NCBI RefSeq assembly: GCF_006345805.1
Contig: NC_043011.1
Coordinates: forward strand, 52,526,464 to 52,590,463
DNA length: 64,000 nucleotides
Source of the DNA: Octopus sinensis
Taxonomy: Eukaryota
Direction of reading: 5' to 3'
Below are positions 25,759-38,086 of the stretch, one piece after another (within the stretch, counting starts at the first letter, position 1; each line of letters begins with the position of its first letter). A program made the translations under genes and the position numbers. The notes beneath the pieces were generated by a model. The model saw nothing but the letters and a program-made list of their open reading frames with translations. It did not search any database and had not been told where the DNA came from.

Positions 25759-26929
25759 GTAAGTATTGACTTTATTATTTCTACTTTTTTTTCTTTACTT
25801 TTGTCTACTTTTCCATTATTTCTTTATCATCTTTTTGTCGTTTTTTTTTTGTCTACTTCCTATATCTTTTATTCTCTTTCATATATTTCTATGCCTTCTT
25901 CCTTTTGTTTTCTCCTGTCTTATTGCTTCTTTGTCTTCTACTTGTCTTGTTTTCCTTATTTTGTGTTTTTTTTTTTTTTGGTTTCCTATCTCGTCTCAAT
26001 CCTAACCATACTTTAGAAATAAAATGGCTGAATGAATAAGATAATGAGTTATTGACTCAACACCAGCACCACATCTACCATATGTATTGTTAATGGAGTC
26101 TGCTCTGTTGCAAGCATACAAGGGGATGCTGAAAAGTGCCTGGTTTGGGGTAAAAAAAAATACAAGAGGATCAGTTAGTTATGATTTTATTGACCATGGC
26201 GGTGCCCCAGCATGGCCACAGCTCATGAGCTGAAACTAAATGAAATAAAATAAATATTCCCCTCTCAGATTCACACAGTCGTTCAGTTTTTCTAAGCCCT
26301 GTAAAAGGACTTCAAAAGTTGACCCTCCAACCAGGCCTTTCACAATACCCTAAAACCAGTAAAATTTTCAGTACCCCTTGAACAGACCAGACCTCTGGTC
26401 TGAAAATCAAATTCATATCTTGAGTCAGGGAGCAACACAAAAGTCATGTTTTATGCTTTTGTCTCCCATCAGTCTTTGAGATTCCACAAAAGGGTCATTA
26501 GTCTTATTCAAGGGTCTTATTCAACTGACTAAGCCACCTACTACAGATGTTCCCTTACAGTCTTGAGTAGGACAAACTTAACTTTCATTATTTGTGACCT
26601 TAATAGATAGAATATATATATATTTGCAAATAGGTGTGAGAGTTTGTGTGCATGCACACAAAAACATAATCATCCTCTCTTTTGATGGGATTCTGAGAGA
26701 CTATTTTATGACCTGATGACCTTCATGATGGTAACTACTTTAGTCTCTACTTACAATATACAGGTCTGTGTGTGTTTGTGTATATATGTACAGATGTATG
26801 CATATCTAGTTGTCTGTATGTGTGTGTGTGTGCATGCGTGTGTGTGTGTATATATATATATACTGCGTGTGTACCGTTGGCGATTTTTTTTCCTCTGTCT
26901 TCCCTTCTCTGGATCTTTCCTTCTCCTAT

Positions 26930-26964
26930 GTTTCCGATGAAGAGCTCCACTCGAAACGTTAAAC
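26930..26964 (+). ncRNA. Minimal hammerhead-like motif (U4C core variant)
   Basis: gttt CCGATGA a GAG ctcca CTC GAAA cg TT / aaac; palindromic AACGTT stem III. Confidence 0.6.
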
Positions 26965-27055
26965 CCTCCTTCTTTCCTTCTTTCCTGAGCGTCCAATAAT
27001 ACTATATTTGTTCTACGTCTTCACGTTGTGTTTTTTTGTGCTTTCTTGTTTGGAT

Positions 27056-27096
<41 letters not shown>

Positions 27097-28187
27097 ATAT
27101 AAAAGTACTTATATATGGAGTTATATTTATCCTGTTTGTACCAAACACACACATACAGATATGCACAGAATCATATCTATCTATCTATCTAGATAGATAT
27201 AGATACATAGATAGATATGATTGTGTGCATATTTGTATGTGTTGTGTTTGGTACAAACCGGATAAATATAACTCCATATATGAGTTCTTTTATTTTATTA
27301 TTCTTTAATCAGCAGAAGTTACATGCTGCATGTTTCAACTCTGTTTGGAGTTTCGTCAGCACTTGTGCACCTTCCATAACTATCAGTGAACATGCTGCTT
27401 GTAAACCAAATGGTGATCTCCTGTAATTCTGCTTCACTGCTTCCTAACAAGTCAATATCATCAACAAAGTGCAGGTTGGAAATGGGTCATCGTCCAATGA
27501 AAACAGAAGGGTAGAAATCTTGAAGTGTCTCCAGCATGTTCTCCAGGATGATGCTGAAAAGCACTGGAGAGAGGAGACAACCTTGTCGAACATCTACTGT
27601 TGTCGTGAAGAGTTCTCTTATGTTGCTGTTCAGGGGAATTGTATTGCTTCACTTTTCATGTTGTGCTTGAATTACTTCGATGAAGTTTTCGTTGCAGTTG
27701 TATTTCTTTATTACCCGTCATAACCCATCATGCTGCCAAGCACAATCAAAGAAATACACCATCGCTATCATTGAGGACAAAACAGGCCTGCTCCACATGG
27801 ATGTGAATGATGTTGTCAAAAGAAAGTCTGAATATTGCAAAGACCTTTACAAACACAAACTCAAACATGACAGCAGCATCCTGGACAACTCCAACAACAA
27901 CAACAGCAGAGAACTGGGGGACACTCCAATTTTCCAGAAGGAAGTTGAAGAGGCAATGTGTATACTCAAAGATGGAAATTCCCAGGTGTGGATAACATGG
28001 AGGACCAAAGCTTATCAAGGCACTAACAGTTACCTGTCAGAGGATATGGGAGACAAAGAAGTGGACCTTATCACTGATGATACCCATTCCTAGGAAAGAC
28101 AACTTAAGACTCCTCCAGGATTATAGAACAATGAGCCTAATTAGCCACCTACAAAGTATTGCTAAGAGTTCTGCTAAACAGAGTTAA

Positions 28188-28807
28188 CCCTTTAGCATTT
28201 AAACCAGCTATATCTAGCCAAAATATTCAACCTGTTTTATGTTCAAACTGGCCAGATCTGGTCTCTCACACTAACCCTACTATATCATTTAAAAAATTAA
28301 CAGTTACCTCATCAAAATCTCAAAGCTACAAAATAATGCATGATTAAATTCAAAACAATAGGAGTGGCTGTGTGGTAAGTAGCTTGCTTACCAACCACAT
28401 GGCTCTGGATTCAGTCCCACTGCGTGGCACCTTGGGCAAGTGTCTTCTACTATAGCCTCGGGCCGACCAAAGCCTTGTAAGTGGATTTGATAGACGGAAA
28501 CTGAAAGAAGCCCGTTGTATATATGTATATATATATATGTATGTGTGTGTGTTTGTGTGTCTGTGTTTGTCCCCTCAACATCGCTTGACAACTAATGCTG
28601 GTGTGTTTACGTCCCCGTAACTTAGCGGTTCGGCAAAAGAGACCGATAGAATAAGTACTAGGCTTACAAAGACTAAGTCCTGGGGGGGTCGATTTTCTCG
28701 ACTAAAGGCGGTGCTCTAGCATGGCCATAGTCAAAATGATTGAAACAAGTAAAAGAGTAAAGAGTAACAAGCATTACTTTTGATAGAATAATGTGAAAGC
28801 TAAAGGG
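28188..28807. mobile_element. TTAA-flanked piggyBac-like MITE (family 2) containing a SINE
   Basis: TTAA ccctttagc ... gctaaaggg TTAA; interrupts the RTE reading frame at LNRV|N. Confidence 0.82.
28359..28765 (+). mobile_element. SINE family A nested in a TTAA MITE
   Basis: Full-length copy lying between the two TIRs of 28188-28807. Confidence 0.85.
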
Positions 28808-29838
28808 TTAATGAGAGGACAGAAGAACAGGCAGGATTTAGGCTCAAACGGAGTACTGTGGAGCAGATGTTTAACATTAGGCTGCTCACTGAAAAACATC
28901 TGCAACACCAATCTGACCTCTGTTGAAGTTTCATCAAAATAATCAGAGGTATTTCCTTCGTTATTAATAGAAGTTTTATGCGGTTGTCAGTCTTAACAAA
29001 GAATAATTTTCCACTGAATTAAAACCAAATCTTCATTATGAGTCAACAACTTTACTTATGAGTCTAAAGCTGTATTATTAAAACCCTCTTCAAAGGAAGA
29101 AATCTCAGCTTATAATAAATCTACTTTATTTAAATCTTGCTAAAATATTTTTTTTGTAATTTGTCATTTTCTCCTCCTGGTTACACACTCAAATGTGTGT
29201 GTGTGTGTATGTATATATATATATATATTATATATATATATATATATATGAATCTCTCTCTCTCTCTCTCACTAACACACACACACACACACACATCTCC
29301 CACTCTGTGAGATTTGTTAGCTACCTAAACAGGACTTAATATCAACTGAATAGAAAGTAACTTTGTTGCTAAAAGACACAAACAACTGGTTGTTTATCTC
29401 TTCAAACTAGTTTAAGTTCACCGATTTCAAACCAGATACACCACATTACACCCGCTTCTCTCTTTACTATAGGACTATTATCTTAAAAATGCCAATGAAA
29501 ATTACTATTTTATATATACATGCCAGTGTAGACCATGGTCTTCAATTTGACTGATGATGATATATAATGTGTGTGTGTGTGTGTGTGTGTGTAATGAGAT
29601 CAACCCTGATACCTGAGACGCAAAAGGCAAAACTGTACCCAGCTGAGGGTACCACCTTCTATGAACAGAACATGCAAATTGTGGGGCTGTGTGGTGAGAA
29701 GCTTGCTTCTCTGCTATATGGTTCTGGGTTCAGTCCCACTGCATGGCGCCTTAGGCAAGAGTCTTTTACTATAGCTCAGGCTAACCAAAGCCTTGTGAGT
29801 GGATTTGTAGACAGAAACTGAAAGAAGCCTGCTATCTA

Positions 29839-29885
<47 letters not shown>

Positions 29886-31095
29886 AGTCTTTGTGTTTGT
29901 CCCTCTCCACCACTTGACAACTTGATAACAATGATAGTGATGATGAAGATGATGACAAAGATAGTAACAATATTGATGATAATACCGATAGTGATGATGA
30001 TGATGATGATTAATCATCGTTATAATTTTTGGTTTCACCTTCCCATTTACCATCCGCATGATTTTCCACATACACATACAATATCACCATAGCAATTGAT
30101 GAAGAGGAAAGGGTGTGACTCATCTTACATTCTCCATATTGATGACATAATCCACCAACTCTGAGTATCACACCACATCCTTTACGGAGGCTGTTTGTGG
30201 TGACCAACCTGCTAAAATAGCAGCTAAATGTTCCTCAAATCATATCCAACCAACTTAAAAAGAAAAAAAGATGCTCTGCATAATGTGGGTCCTGGATGGA
30301 TGTGCATCATCATCATGGTTCTTTAACGTCCCCTTTTCCTGTTCGCAAGGACCTGTCAGAATTTGTTGAAGCAGATTTTTCTATGGCTGGATGCCCTTCC
30401 TGTTGCCAATCCTCGCCTGTGTCTCCAAGCAAGATAATATTTCCCCTTTGGCTGGATGCATTTTCACAGAAGACTAAAAACAAATGAGACCACTTGTATA
30501 ATGATCACACTCACTCCATCGTGTAATGTTGAGACAAGGACATACACACACACACTCATACATATATACACATACACACATATGTGTGTATATATACACA
30601 CACATATGCAAGCACACGTGTGTGTGTATGTACACTTGGCTTTTTTTAGTTTAAATCTACCAAATCGTCTCACAAGGCTTTTGTTAGCCTGGTGCTATAG
30701 CAGAAGACACTTACCCTTGGTGCTACATCTGAAAACTGAGTCAAGTTGGTCATGGTTGGATTAGCTTTGATCATAATGCTGATTAATCAGGGCTGACCTG
30801 GTTTCAAACAACAACAACTGACTACTATGTAAACACACACATATACATACACTGACACACATCAATATACATTGTTTGTGGTTGTGATGGAAATGAGTCG
30901 AAAAATTCTGGTTTTTAATCTAGGATGGCCTAAGGTTGAGGACTTACTGGTGATTGAAGAATTTGGTGGTGGTGTTGCCACTTAATCATTAAATAATTAT
31001 ATTTTAATTCTCAGAGCTGTCATTCTTACTTGCTTTAGTTAATTCTTTGAGAGCGAACAGCAACCTGTCGTCAGAGGTCTCACAGGGTGTCTTTC

Positions 31096-32602
31096 CATCA
31101 TCATCATCGTTTAACGTCCGTTCTCCATGCTAGCATGGGTTGGACGGTTTGACCAGGGATCTGGGAAGCCAGAAGGCTGCACCAGGCTCCGGTCTTATCT
31201 GGCAATGTTTCTACAGCTGGATGCCTTTCCTAACGCCAACCACTCCGTGAGTGTAGTGGGTGCTTTTTACGTGCCACCTGCACTGGTGCCAGGCGAGGCT
31301 GGCATTGGCCACAGTCGGATTGGTGCTTTTTACGTGCCACCGACACGGAAGCCAGTCGAGGCGGTGCTGGCAACGGCCACAATTCGGATAGTGCTTTTTA
31401 CGTATCTCCAGTCCAGAGGTCCTGGCATCTGCTGGGTGCCAGTCATAGGATTGGTTCAATTTCGATTTCACTTGCCCCAACAGGTCTTCGCAAGCAAAGG
31501 TGGGTTGGCATAGGTGCCTGTCGTCGGATGAGGTTCGATATCGACTTCGCTTGCCTCAACAGGTCTTTGTGTGTCCAAGGGAGGAAAGGCATGCATAAGT
31601 GGGCTGGACTCACTTGTCCTGCCTGGTTTTTTCACGCACAGCATATTTCCAAAGGTCTCGGTCGCTGGTCATTTCCTCAGTGAGACCTAAAGTTCGAAGG
31701 TCGTGCTTCACCACTTTGTCCCAAGTTTTCCTGGGTCTACCTCTTCCACGGGTTCCCTCCACTGCTAGGGATTGGCACTTTTTCACACACCGATCTTCAT
31801 CCATTCTCGCCACATGGCCATACCAGCGCAATTGTCTCTCTTGCACACCACAACTGATGCTCCTTAGGTCCAACATTTCTCTCAGGGTACTAACGCTCTG
31901 TCGAGCATGCACACTGACATTACACAACCATCGGAGCATACTGGCTTCATTTCTCGCGAGCATACACATGTCCTCAGCAGTCACGGCCCATGTTTCGCTG
32001 CTATGTAGCATGGCTGTTCGTACACATGCATCATACAGTCTGCCTTTTACTCTGAGCGAGAGGCCTTTAGTTACCAGCAGAGGTAAGAGCTCCCTAAACT
32101 TTGCCCAGGCTATTCTTACTCTAGCCGTTACACTTTCAGCACACCCACCCCCACTACTGACTTGGTCACCAAAATAACGGAAGCTATCAACTACTTCTAG
32201 TTTTTCCCCCTGGAAAGTGACGGAAGTTGTTTTCTGCAGATTTTCAGAGATTAATGCTCCCGAGCATCTGCCACATACAAAAACCATCTTCCTAGTTAAC
32301 CTTCCTTTGACATTGCTGCACCTTTGGTTTTAGCTAGATTGACTCTAAGGCCCTTCGATTCTAGACCTTGCTTCCACACCTGAAACTTCTCCTCCAGTTC
32401 TGATAGTGACTCAGCAATTAGAGCAAAGAGGAGCATCAGCATAGAGGAGCTCCCAGGGGCATCCTGTCTTGAATTCCTCCGTTATTGCCTGGAGGACTAT
32501 GATAAATAGGAGGGGGCTGAGGACTGAGCCTTGGTGGACCCCTACCTCTACCCGGAATTCTTCACTGTACTCGTTGCCATGAATATTAAAACTTGGTACC
32601 AA
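31096..32602 (-). mobile_element. 5'-truncated RTE-clade LINE (RT C-terminal half, 3' UTR, (GAT)n tail), disrupted
   Basis: Frames give VGVHQGSVLSPLLF and LLYAD (32411-32602) and a 225-aa ORF (31610-32287) with RLRWYGH-like and GRGRPRKTW motifs; 3' UTR carries ggttggcgttaggaa motif; tail at ~31096-31108. Confidence 0.9.
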
Positions 32603-32895
32603 GATGTTAAGTATCGTGGAAGGCGCCTAACACCCAAATACCAATCTCAAAATCCTCGCTGTCCCCAATAAAGCAGTTTTTTGAGTATGCTCTAGGGTCT
32701 ACTCTTATATCAGTTCCGAAATGTAGGATAAGTCTATCTAATAACCCTAGTATTTGTCAACACAATCAGTACTACAATAATGAAACACAAACACACACAC
32801 ACACATGTATACATACAAGTACATACATTCATACATATACATAGTCACATCTTATATGCATACATACAAACTTCCACATTCTCATTCACACATAT

Positions 32896-32939
<44 letters not shown>

Positions 32940-33209
32940 ATAATCGAGGGTAAAATTAATTAGTTATGAATCAATTTCACCAAGTAGTGTTCAGTATGTA
33001 AAAGGACCATTTAAGGCGTATTCAAAATATTACATTATATAATTAGGGCTTAGTAAAATAAATTACTTTGCCACATACTGAACTTTCTAGAAATAGCAGC
33101 CAAAAAGTTTTTTTAGCCATTTCCACTACTTTAAGAAAAATGTTTACTCAAAAATAACTCACGAAGATATGGAGGTAAAACAGTAAAATATCACAAGTAC
33201 AAAGATCAT

Positions 33210-33271
33210 TTGAGAACGTCACGTTTCTAGATTAGCTGAAATAAAACTCAGCATTTCCTTCGTCAGCTCAA
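33210..33271 (-). ncRNA. Hammerhead-ribozyme-like motif with intact core
   Basis: ttgag CTGACGA a GGA aat GCTGA gttttatt TCAGC taa TCT a GAAA cg tga cg TT / ctcaa: 5-bp stem I, branched stem II, 3-bp stem III, GUU site. Confidence 0.65.
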
Positions 33272-33405
33272 CATTTCTTAATTATGGAAGTGCGTGCATG
33301 TGTGTGGGAGGCTAATTAATATTAGTTGGGGTGAATGAGTGCTGGTTATCTGATTGCTGTTTGAGAACCACTCTACTAGATTATTTTTTTCTTTCTTTTC
33401 CTTAG

Positions 33406-33451
33406 GTGTGCCCAGTGTTTCCAGAGCTTTCCAGGAGGGATTTTTTATGAG
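33406..33451 (+). CDS. PINCH: PINCH coding exon 2 ((V)CAQCFQSFPGGIFYE)
   Basis: cttag acceptor, gttggt donor; 46 nt keeps frame; CAQCF motif of LIM1 conserved. Confidence 0.95.
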
Positions 33452-33489
33452 GTTGGTATACAACATTTTCATTTTTATCTTCTTCATCA

Positions 33490-34005
33490 TCATCATCATC
33501 ATCTCATCATCATCATCATATCACATTCGTTTACGTCCGCTTTCCATGCTTAGCATGGGTTGGACGGTTCAACTGGGGTCTGGGAGCCCGAAGTGCACCA
33601 TCCAGTCAGATCTGGCAGGTTTCTACAGCTGGATGCCCTTCCTAACGCCAAACCACTCCGAGAGTGTAGTGGGTGATTTTATGTGCCACGACACACAGTG
33701 CCAGACGAGGCTGGCAGACGGCACGCTCGGATGTGTTTTTATGTGCCACCGACACAGGTGCCAGAGAGGCTGGCAGACTGCCACGCTCGGATGGTGTTTT
33801 TATGGCCCACCGACACAGGTGCCAGACGAGGCTGCAGACGGCCACGCTCGGATGGTGTTTTTATGTGCCACCGACACAGGTGCCAGATTGAGGCTGGCAA
33901 ACGGCCACGATCGGATGGTGCTTTTCGTGCCACAGCACGGAGGCCAGTCGATGCGGTACGGCTACGGCCACGTTCGGATGGTTTTCTTATGTGCCACGTG
34001 CCACC
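33490..34005 (-). mobile_element. RTE 3'-end element, same subfamily as the end of the 18.9-21.0 kb array
   Basis: Shares the atcacccactacactctcggagtgg and tgtcggtggcacataaaaaca variants, opposite orientation. Confidence 0.85.
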
Positions 34006-34017
34006 ATATATATATAT

Positions 34018-34049
<32 letters not shown>

Positions 34050-34963
34050 ATATTACATATACATATATAACATATATACAACAGAGTGTGTGTGTGTGTG
34101 CGTGAGTGAGTGAGAGATATACAGCTATACAGCTTTTTTCCATGCTTGCACTGAGGTTACATAATCAACTTCCCCACCCCTCCTCAAAATTACTGGCCTT
34201 GTATCAAAATTAGAATTATGAAAAAGTCAAATGTGTCTCAGAATCTGCATTTAGGATCAGAACTTTTTTATGAAGAATATTAGCCTTGTAGTTTTTTGTA
34301 AGCAAGCTTTGATCTTGTGCTACCAATATGAACCTTCAGTCTCTGCTTTCAGTTCTGAATTTCTCAGCGACTGATGGGTTGTTGCTTGGTCTACATCAGC
34401 ATTTCGACTTCAAAGTATATACTGTATACTGTTGTTGTTGTTGCTGTTGCTGTAGTTGTTGTTGTTGTTAAGGAGGTGAGATGGCAAAATCATTTGCATG
34501 CTGGACAAAATGTTTAGTAACATTTCATCCATCTTCACATTCTGAGTTCAGATTGTGCAGAGGTCAGTTTGCCTTTCCTCCTTTTGGGGTTAATAAATAC
34601 AAGTACCAGTTGAGTACTCAGATCTTATAATCAACTAATTCTTTCCCAAAATTTTTCAGGCTTTGTGCCTATAGTAGAAAGGATGATGATTATTATTAAT
34701 GTTGTTGTTGTTGTTGCTGTTGTTGTTATAGAAGAAAGGCTTATTATTAAAAATGTTGTACATTTTTAATATTTTATTTCTCTCTGACAAAGTGTCCTGA
34801 TCAACATATTAGACTTCTCTTCTTTGTAACAAGTTGATTAATTCAACTTTGTGGGTTTAAGACATCAACACTGCTCTTGCAATATTGTGGGCTCAATCTC
34901 TGAACTGGGTGGTGAGTCATACCTTTGATGAAGGCACTTCATTCCACATTGCTCCAGTTTACT

Positions 34964-34966
<3 letters not shown>

Positions 34967-35044
<78 letters not shown>
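34967..35044. repeat. (CT)n microsatellite
   Basis: Read directly. Confidence 0.95.
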
Positions 35045-35049
<5 letters not shown>

Positions 35050-35274
35050 CAGTAGTCACCTTCACAAGGGTGGGAGGGTCAAGAAGTTGTGAATGTCTAC
35101 TTGCAGCCACATAGGCACCCTAAACAATTAACAAAAATATGATATTTAAAACCAGGTCACACTCACTTGCAAGTGATAGCCATAGTATATATATATTTGC
35201 TCAGATAACACACCATCTCTAGTCTTTCTTGGAGTCTACTGTTTCATTTTAGTATTGACATTGTTTATTTTCAG

Positions 35275-35341
35275 TTTGAAGGCCGGAAATACTGTGAACA
35301 TGATTTCCATGTTCTGTTTGCACCATGTTGTCAAAAATGTG
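35275..35341 (+). CDS. PINCH: PINCH coding exon 3 ([22 protein letters not shown])
   Basis: tttcag acceptor, gtaagt donor; nearly identical to human [22 protein letters not shown]. Confidence 0.97.
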
Positions 35342-35469
35342 GTAAGTACTGACATTTTATATCGGAACCAATCAATGCAGTTATTCATAAGAAGAGTTAA
35401 AATTAATGCATGCAAAATTTCACGGCTCTAGCATCACTGTCTTATACTTGGCCTATGAACTTATCAACC

Positions 35470-35747
35470 CACCCTCAAACATCTTGAACTGATAAATTTT
35501 CCAATCGAAATCATAAAATCTACTTCTGAGACACGTTCTATAACAGCATCCTCTCGCTCCATACACAGCACATATATTCCTGCAGATTTCCAATATTTTC
35601 TCTCCTTTTAAAAAAGGCAAGATAAGAAAGCATGAGGTTTCGGTAATGTTCATTTTGGTTCTCCATTTCCAGATTAATCCCAAGCACACAAAATATAACC
35701 TTTCTTATTGCAATTTCATCTTTAACTGGAATTTTTAGCCAACCCAA
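35470..35747 (-). mobile_element. Mariner transposase 5' fragment
   Basis: MENQNEHYRNLMLSY...ICRNICAVYGA; homologous to 24757-24970 and extends further 3'. Confidence 0.7.
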
Positions 35748-35784
35748 AATATATATATATGTATATGTGTATTATATATCTATA

Positions 35785-35858
<74 letters not shown>

Positions 35859-35863
35859 TAAAT

Positions 35864-36112
35864 GCACCCTTTCAAAGCCTAGCCAGGCTCATGGGTCCAG
35901 TTTCCTGGTTTCTATGGCGTATATGTTCCCCAGCTGGACGGGACGCCAGTCCATCACAGCATTACTCATTTTTGCCAGCTGAGCGGACTGGAGCAACGGG
36001 AAATGAAGTGTTTTGCTCAAGAACACAACACGTCGCCCGATCCAGGAATCGAAACCACAATCTTGCGATCATGGTGCTGACACCCCTTAACCACTAAGCC
36101 ACGTGCCTCCAC
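35864..36112 (-). mobile_element. tRNA-derived SINE, family D
   Basis: Closely matches 25021-25269. Confidence 0.8.
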
Positions 36113-37443
36113 ATATATATATATATAATGTGTATGTGTGTAAATGTGCTTAAATGTTGTTTTGTTTGTTACCATTTGAGTGAAATGACAATGCTGTTTC
36201 CATTGCTTGTGAACATTATGGCTGTTCACTCTGCCGATTTGATGACCTGTGGAAGGGAAAAAAAATACCTTACTTGAAGAAACAGGTGAAGTTTGGTAAC
36301 AGGAAGAGCATCCAGTTGTAAAATCCTACATCAAAATCAATTCCAATTCAAGCCATCTAGTTTGAATGGGAATTGATTTTGAGGCGATTTTCTGAGACAT
36401 CTGAAAAATAAGTCCTTGGGTTGGTACATTTGACTAAAAATCCTTCAAGGTGGTGCCCCAGCATAGCCACAGTCTAATGACTGAAACAAGTGAAAGATAA
36501 AAGAAGATAAGTTCTGGAGTTGATTGCTCGTCTAAAACCCTTCAAAACTGTATCTCAGCATAGCTACAGTCCATTGATTGAAACAAGTAGAAGATATGTG
36601 ATAAAATGTACTGTACACATGAAATTTAAATGCTGATATCGGATAAATAGAATATAAATAGAATTGAAGGCACACATCAAGTGAGACTTGAAATCACAGC
36701 TGATAATTTGTTGCCAGCAAATAATTTGGGTCTCATCTGGCAAACCTTTTTGCTTTCTTTTTCTGTTTGAATATTTTGTTATCTATAAAATCTTATCTCT
36801 CCTTCTATCCAGTTTTGCATTTGATTGAACAACCAATGATGAAGTATCTACATGATTGCTCAGCTTGCTAGAAACTGCAGTTAAATCTCCCTCAAATCAC
36901 TCTGTAATGGTTTAAATTTTTAAAAAAAGAGAGAAAAGAAAACAGTACATGTTGAATAATATGATCCTAATTAACATGGTTATTGGGAAACAAAAACGAT
37001 GCTAGCATGTGTTGGACGATTTGACTGAGTACTGGTGAACCAGATGGCTGCACGAGGCTCCAATCTGATCTGGCAGAGTTTCTACAGCTGGACACCCTTC
37101 CTAACGCCAACCACTGCTTTTATGTGCCACCGGCACGAGGGCCAGTCAGGTGGTACTAACAATGGCCACACTCAAATGGTGTGTTTTTATGTGTTACCTG
37201 CACAGGAGCCAGTCCAGCGGCACTGGCAACGATCTTGCTTGAATGTTTTTTCATGTGCCACCAGCATGGAAGCCAGTCAGCTGCTCTAGTTATAATGATA
37301 ATGATGCTATACAAGCACACACACACAAAATCATAGTTTCTTCACTGTCATGGTGGGTTTTCTCCAATACGATAATAGATCTTTCTGTAACTTTATGCAA
37401 TATCTCTTTGTAATCCTATTTTCCAATTTCCTCATTTTCCCAG

Positions 37444-37564
37444 GTGAATTCATTATCGGCCGCGTGATAAAGGCTATGAACAACAGTTGGCACCCTGAAT
37501 GTTTCCGTTGTGAACTTTGTACTGGACCTCTTGCTGATACAGGTTTCATGAAACTTGCAGGAAG
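37444..37564 (+). CDS. PINCH: PINCH coding exon 4 (GEFIIGRVIKAMNNSWHPECFRCELCTGPLADTGFMKLAG)
   Basis: ttttcccag acceptor, gtaagg donor; LIM2, matches human EFIIGRVIKAMNNSWHPECFRC. Confidence 0.97.
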
Positions 37565-38086
37565 GTAAGGTGGTGCATTTACACACTGGCATGTAGCTTT
37601 AATCATTTAGTTACATTACTAATTTTCAGTTCATTACACTATGTAACACAGTTTTTATCCTTGGATAGCAACTATTATTTTCTATTTGCTTACCCCTAGA
37701 AAGTATGAAAAATGGTTAATATTTCCTTTAAACTTTGCTTTGGTTACAATATTTATTCAAATCCCAAAGAATCCCTCTCAACACATGGCTATAATGCTCC
37801 CCTAATGTTCCTGCTCCCCTAATGTTCCTGCTCAGCTCTGAAATGTAATGGAAAATAGGTCAGTTTCAAAAGATTGATGTCCAGGTCACAAAAGCAAAGT
37901 TTGAAGGGAATTGTAGTCATTTCCTTTGATTTTTAAATAAAAGCAAATAGGAAATAACACATACTAACCAAAAACAACAAAAAACAATGAAAATTTTTTT
38001 ACAGTGTTATTGTAACACTTGTTTACAACTACATGGCTAAGGTCATGACAGAAGCTTGCATACTGTGGCTTTGTTCCAACAATTCT

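Larger units (their letters stand above)
27300..28935. mobile_element. Decayed RTE (BovB-like) LINE with internal inversion and nested insertions
   Basis: Plus strand 27751-28935 gives IEDK..EYCKDLY..EVEEA..CQRIWETK..DYRTMSLISH..LLRVLLNR | EEQAGFR..STVEQMFNIRLLTEKHLQHQSDL. Minus strand 27750-27300 gives FDCAWQHDGL..RQGCLLSPVLF..HFVDDIDLL. Confidence 0.8.

Noticed and set aside
31599-32177. 192-aa plus-strand ORF
   Set aside because: Antisense shadow of the RTE reverse-transcriptase ORF.
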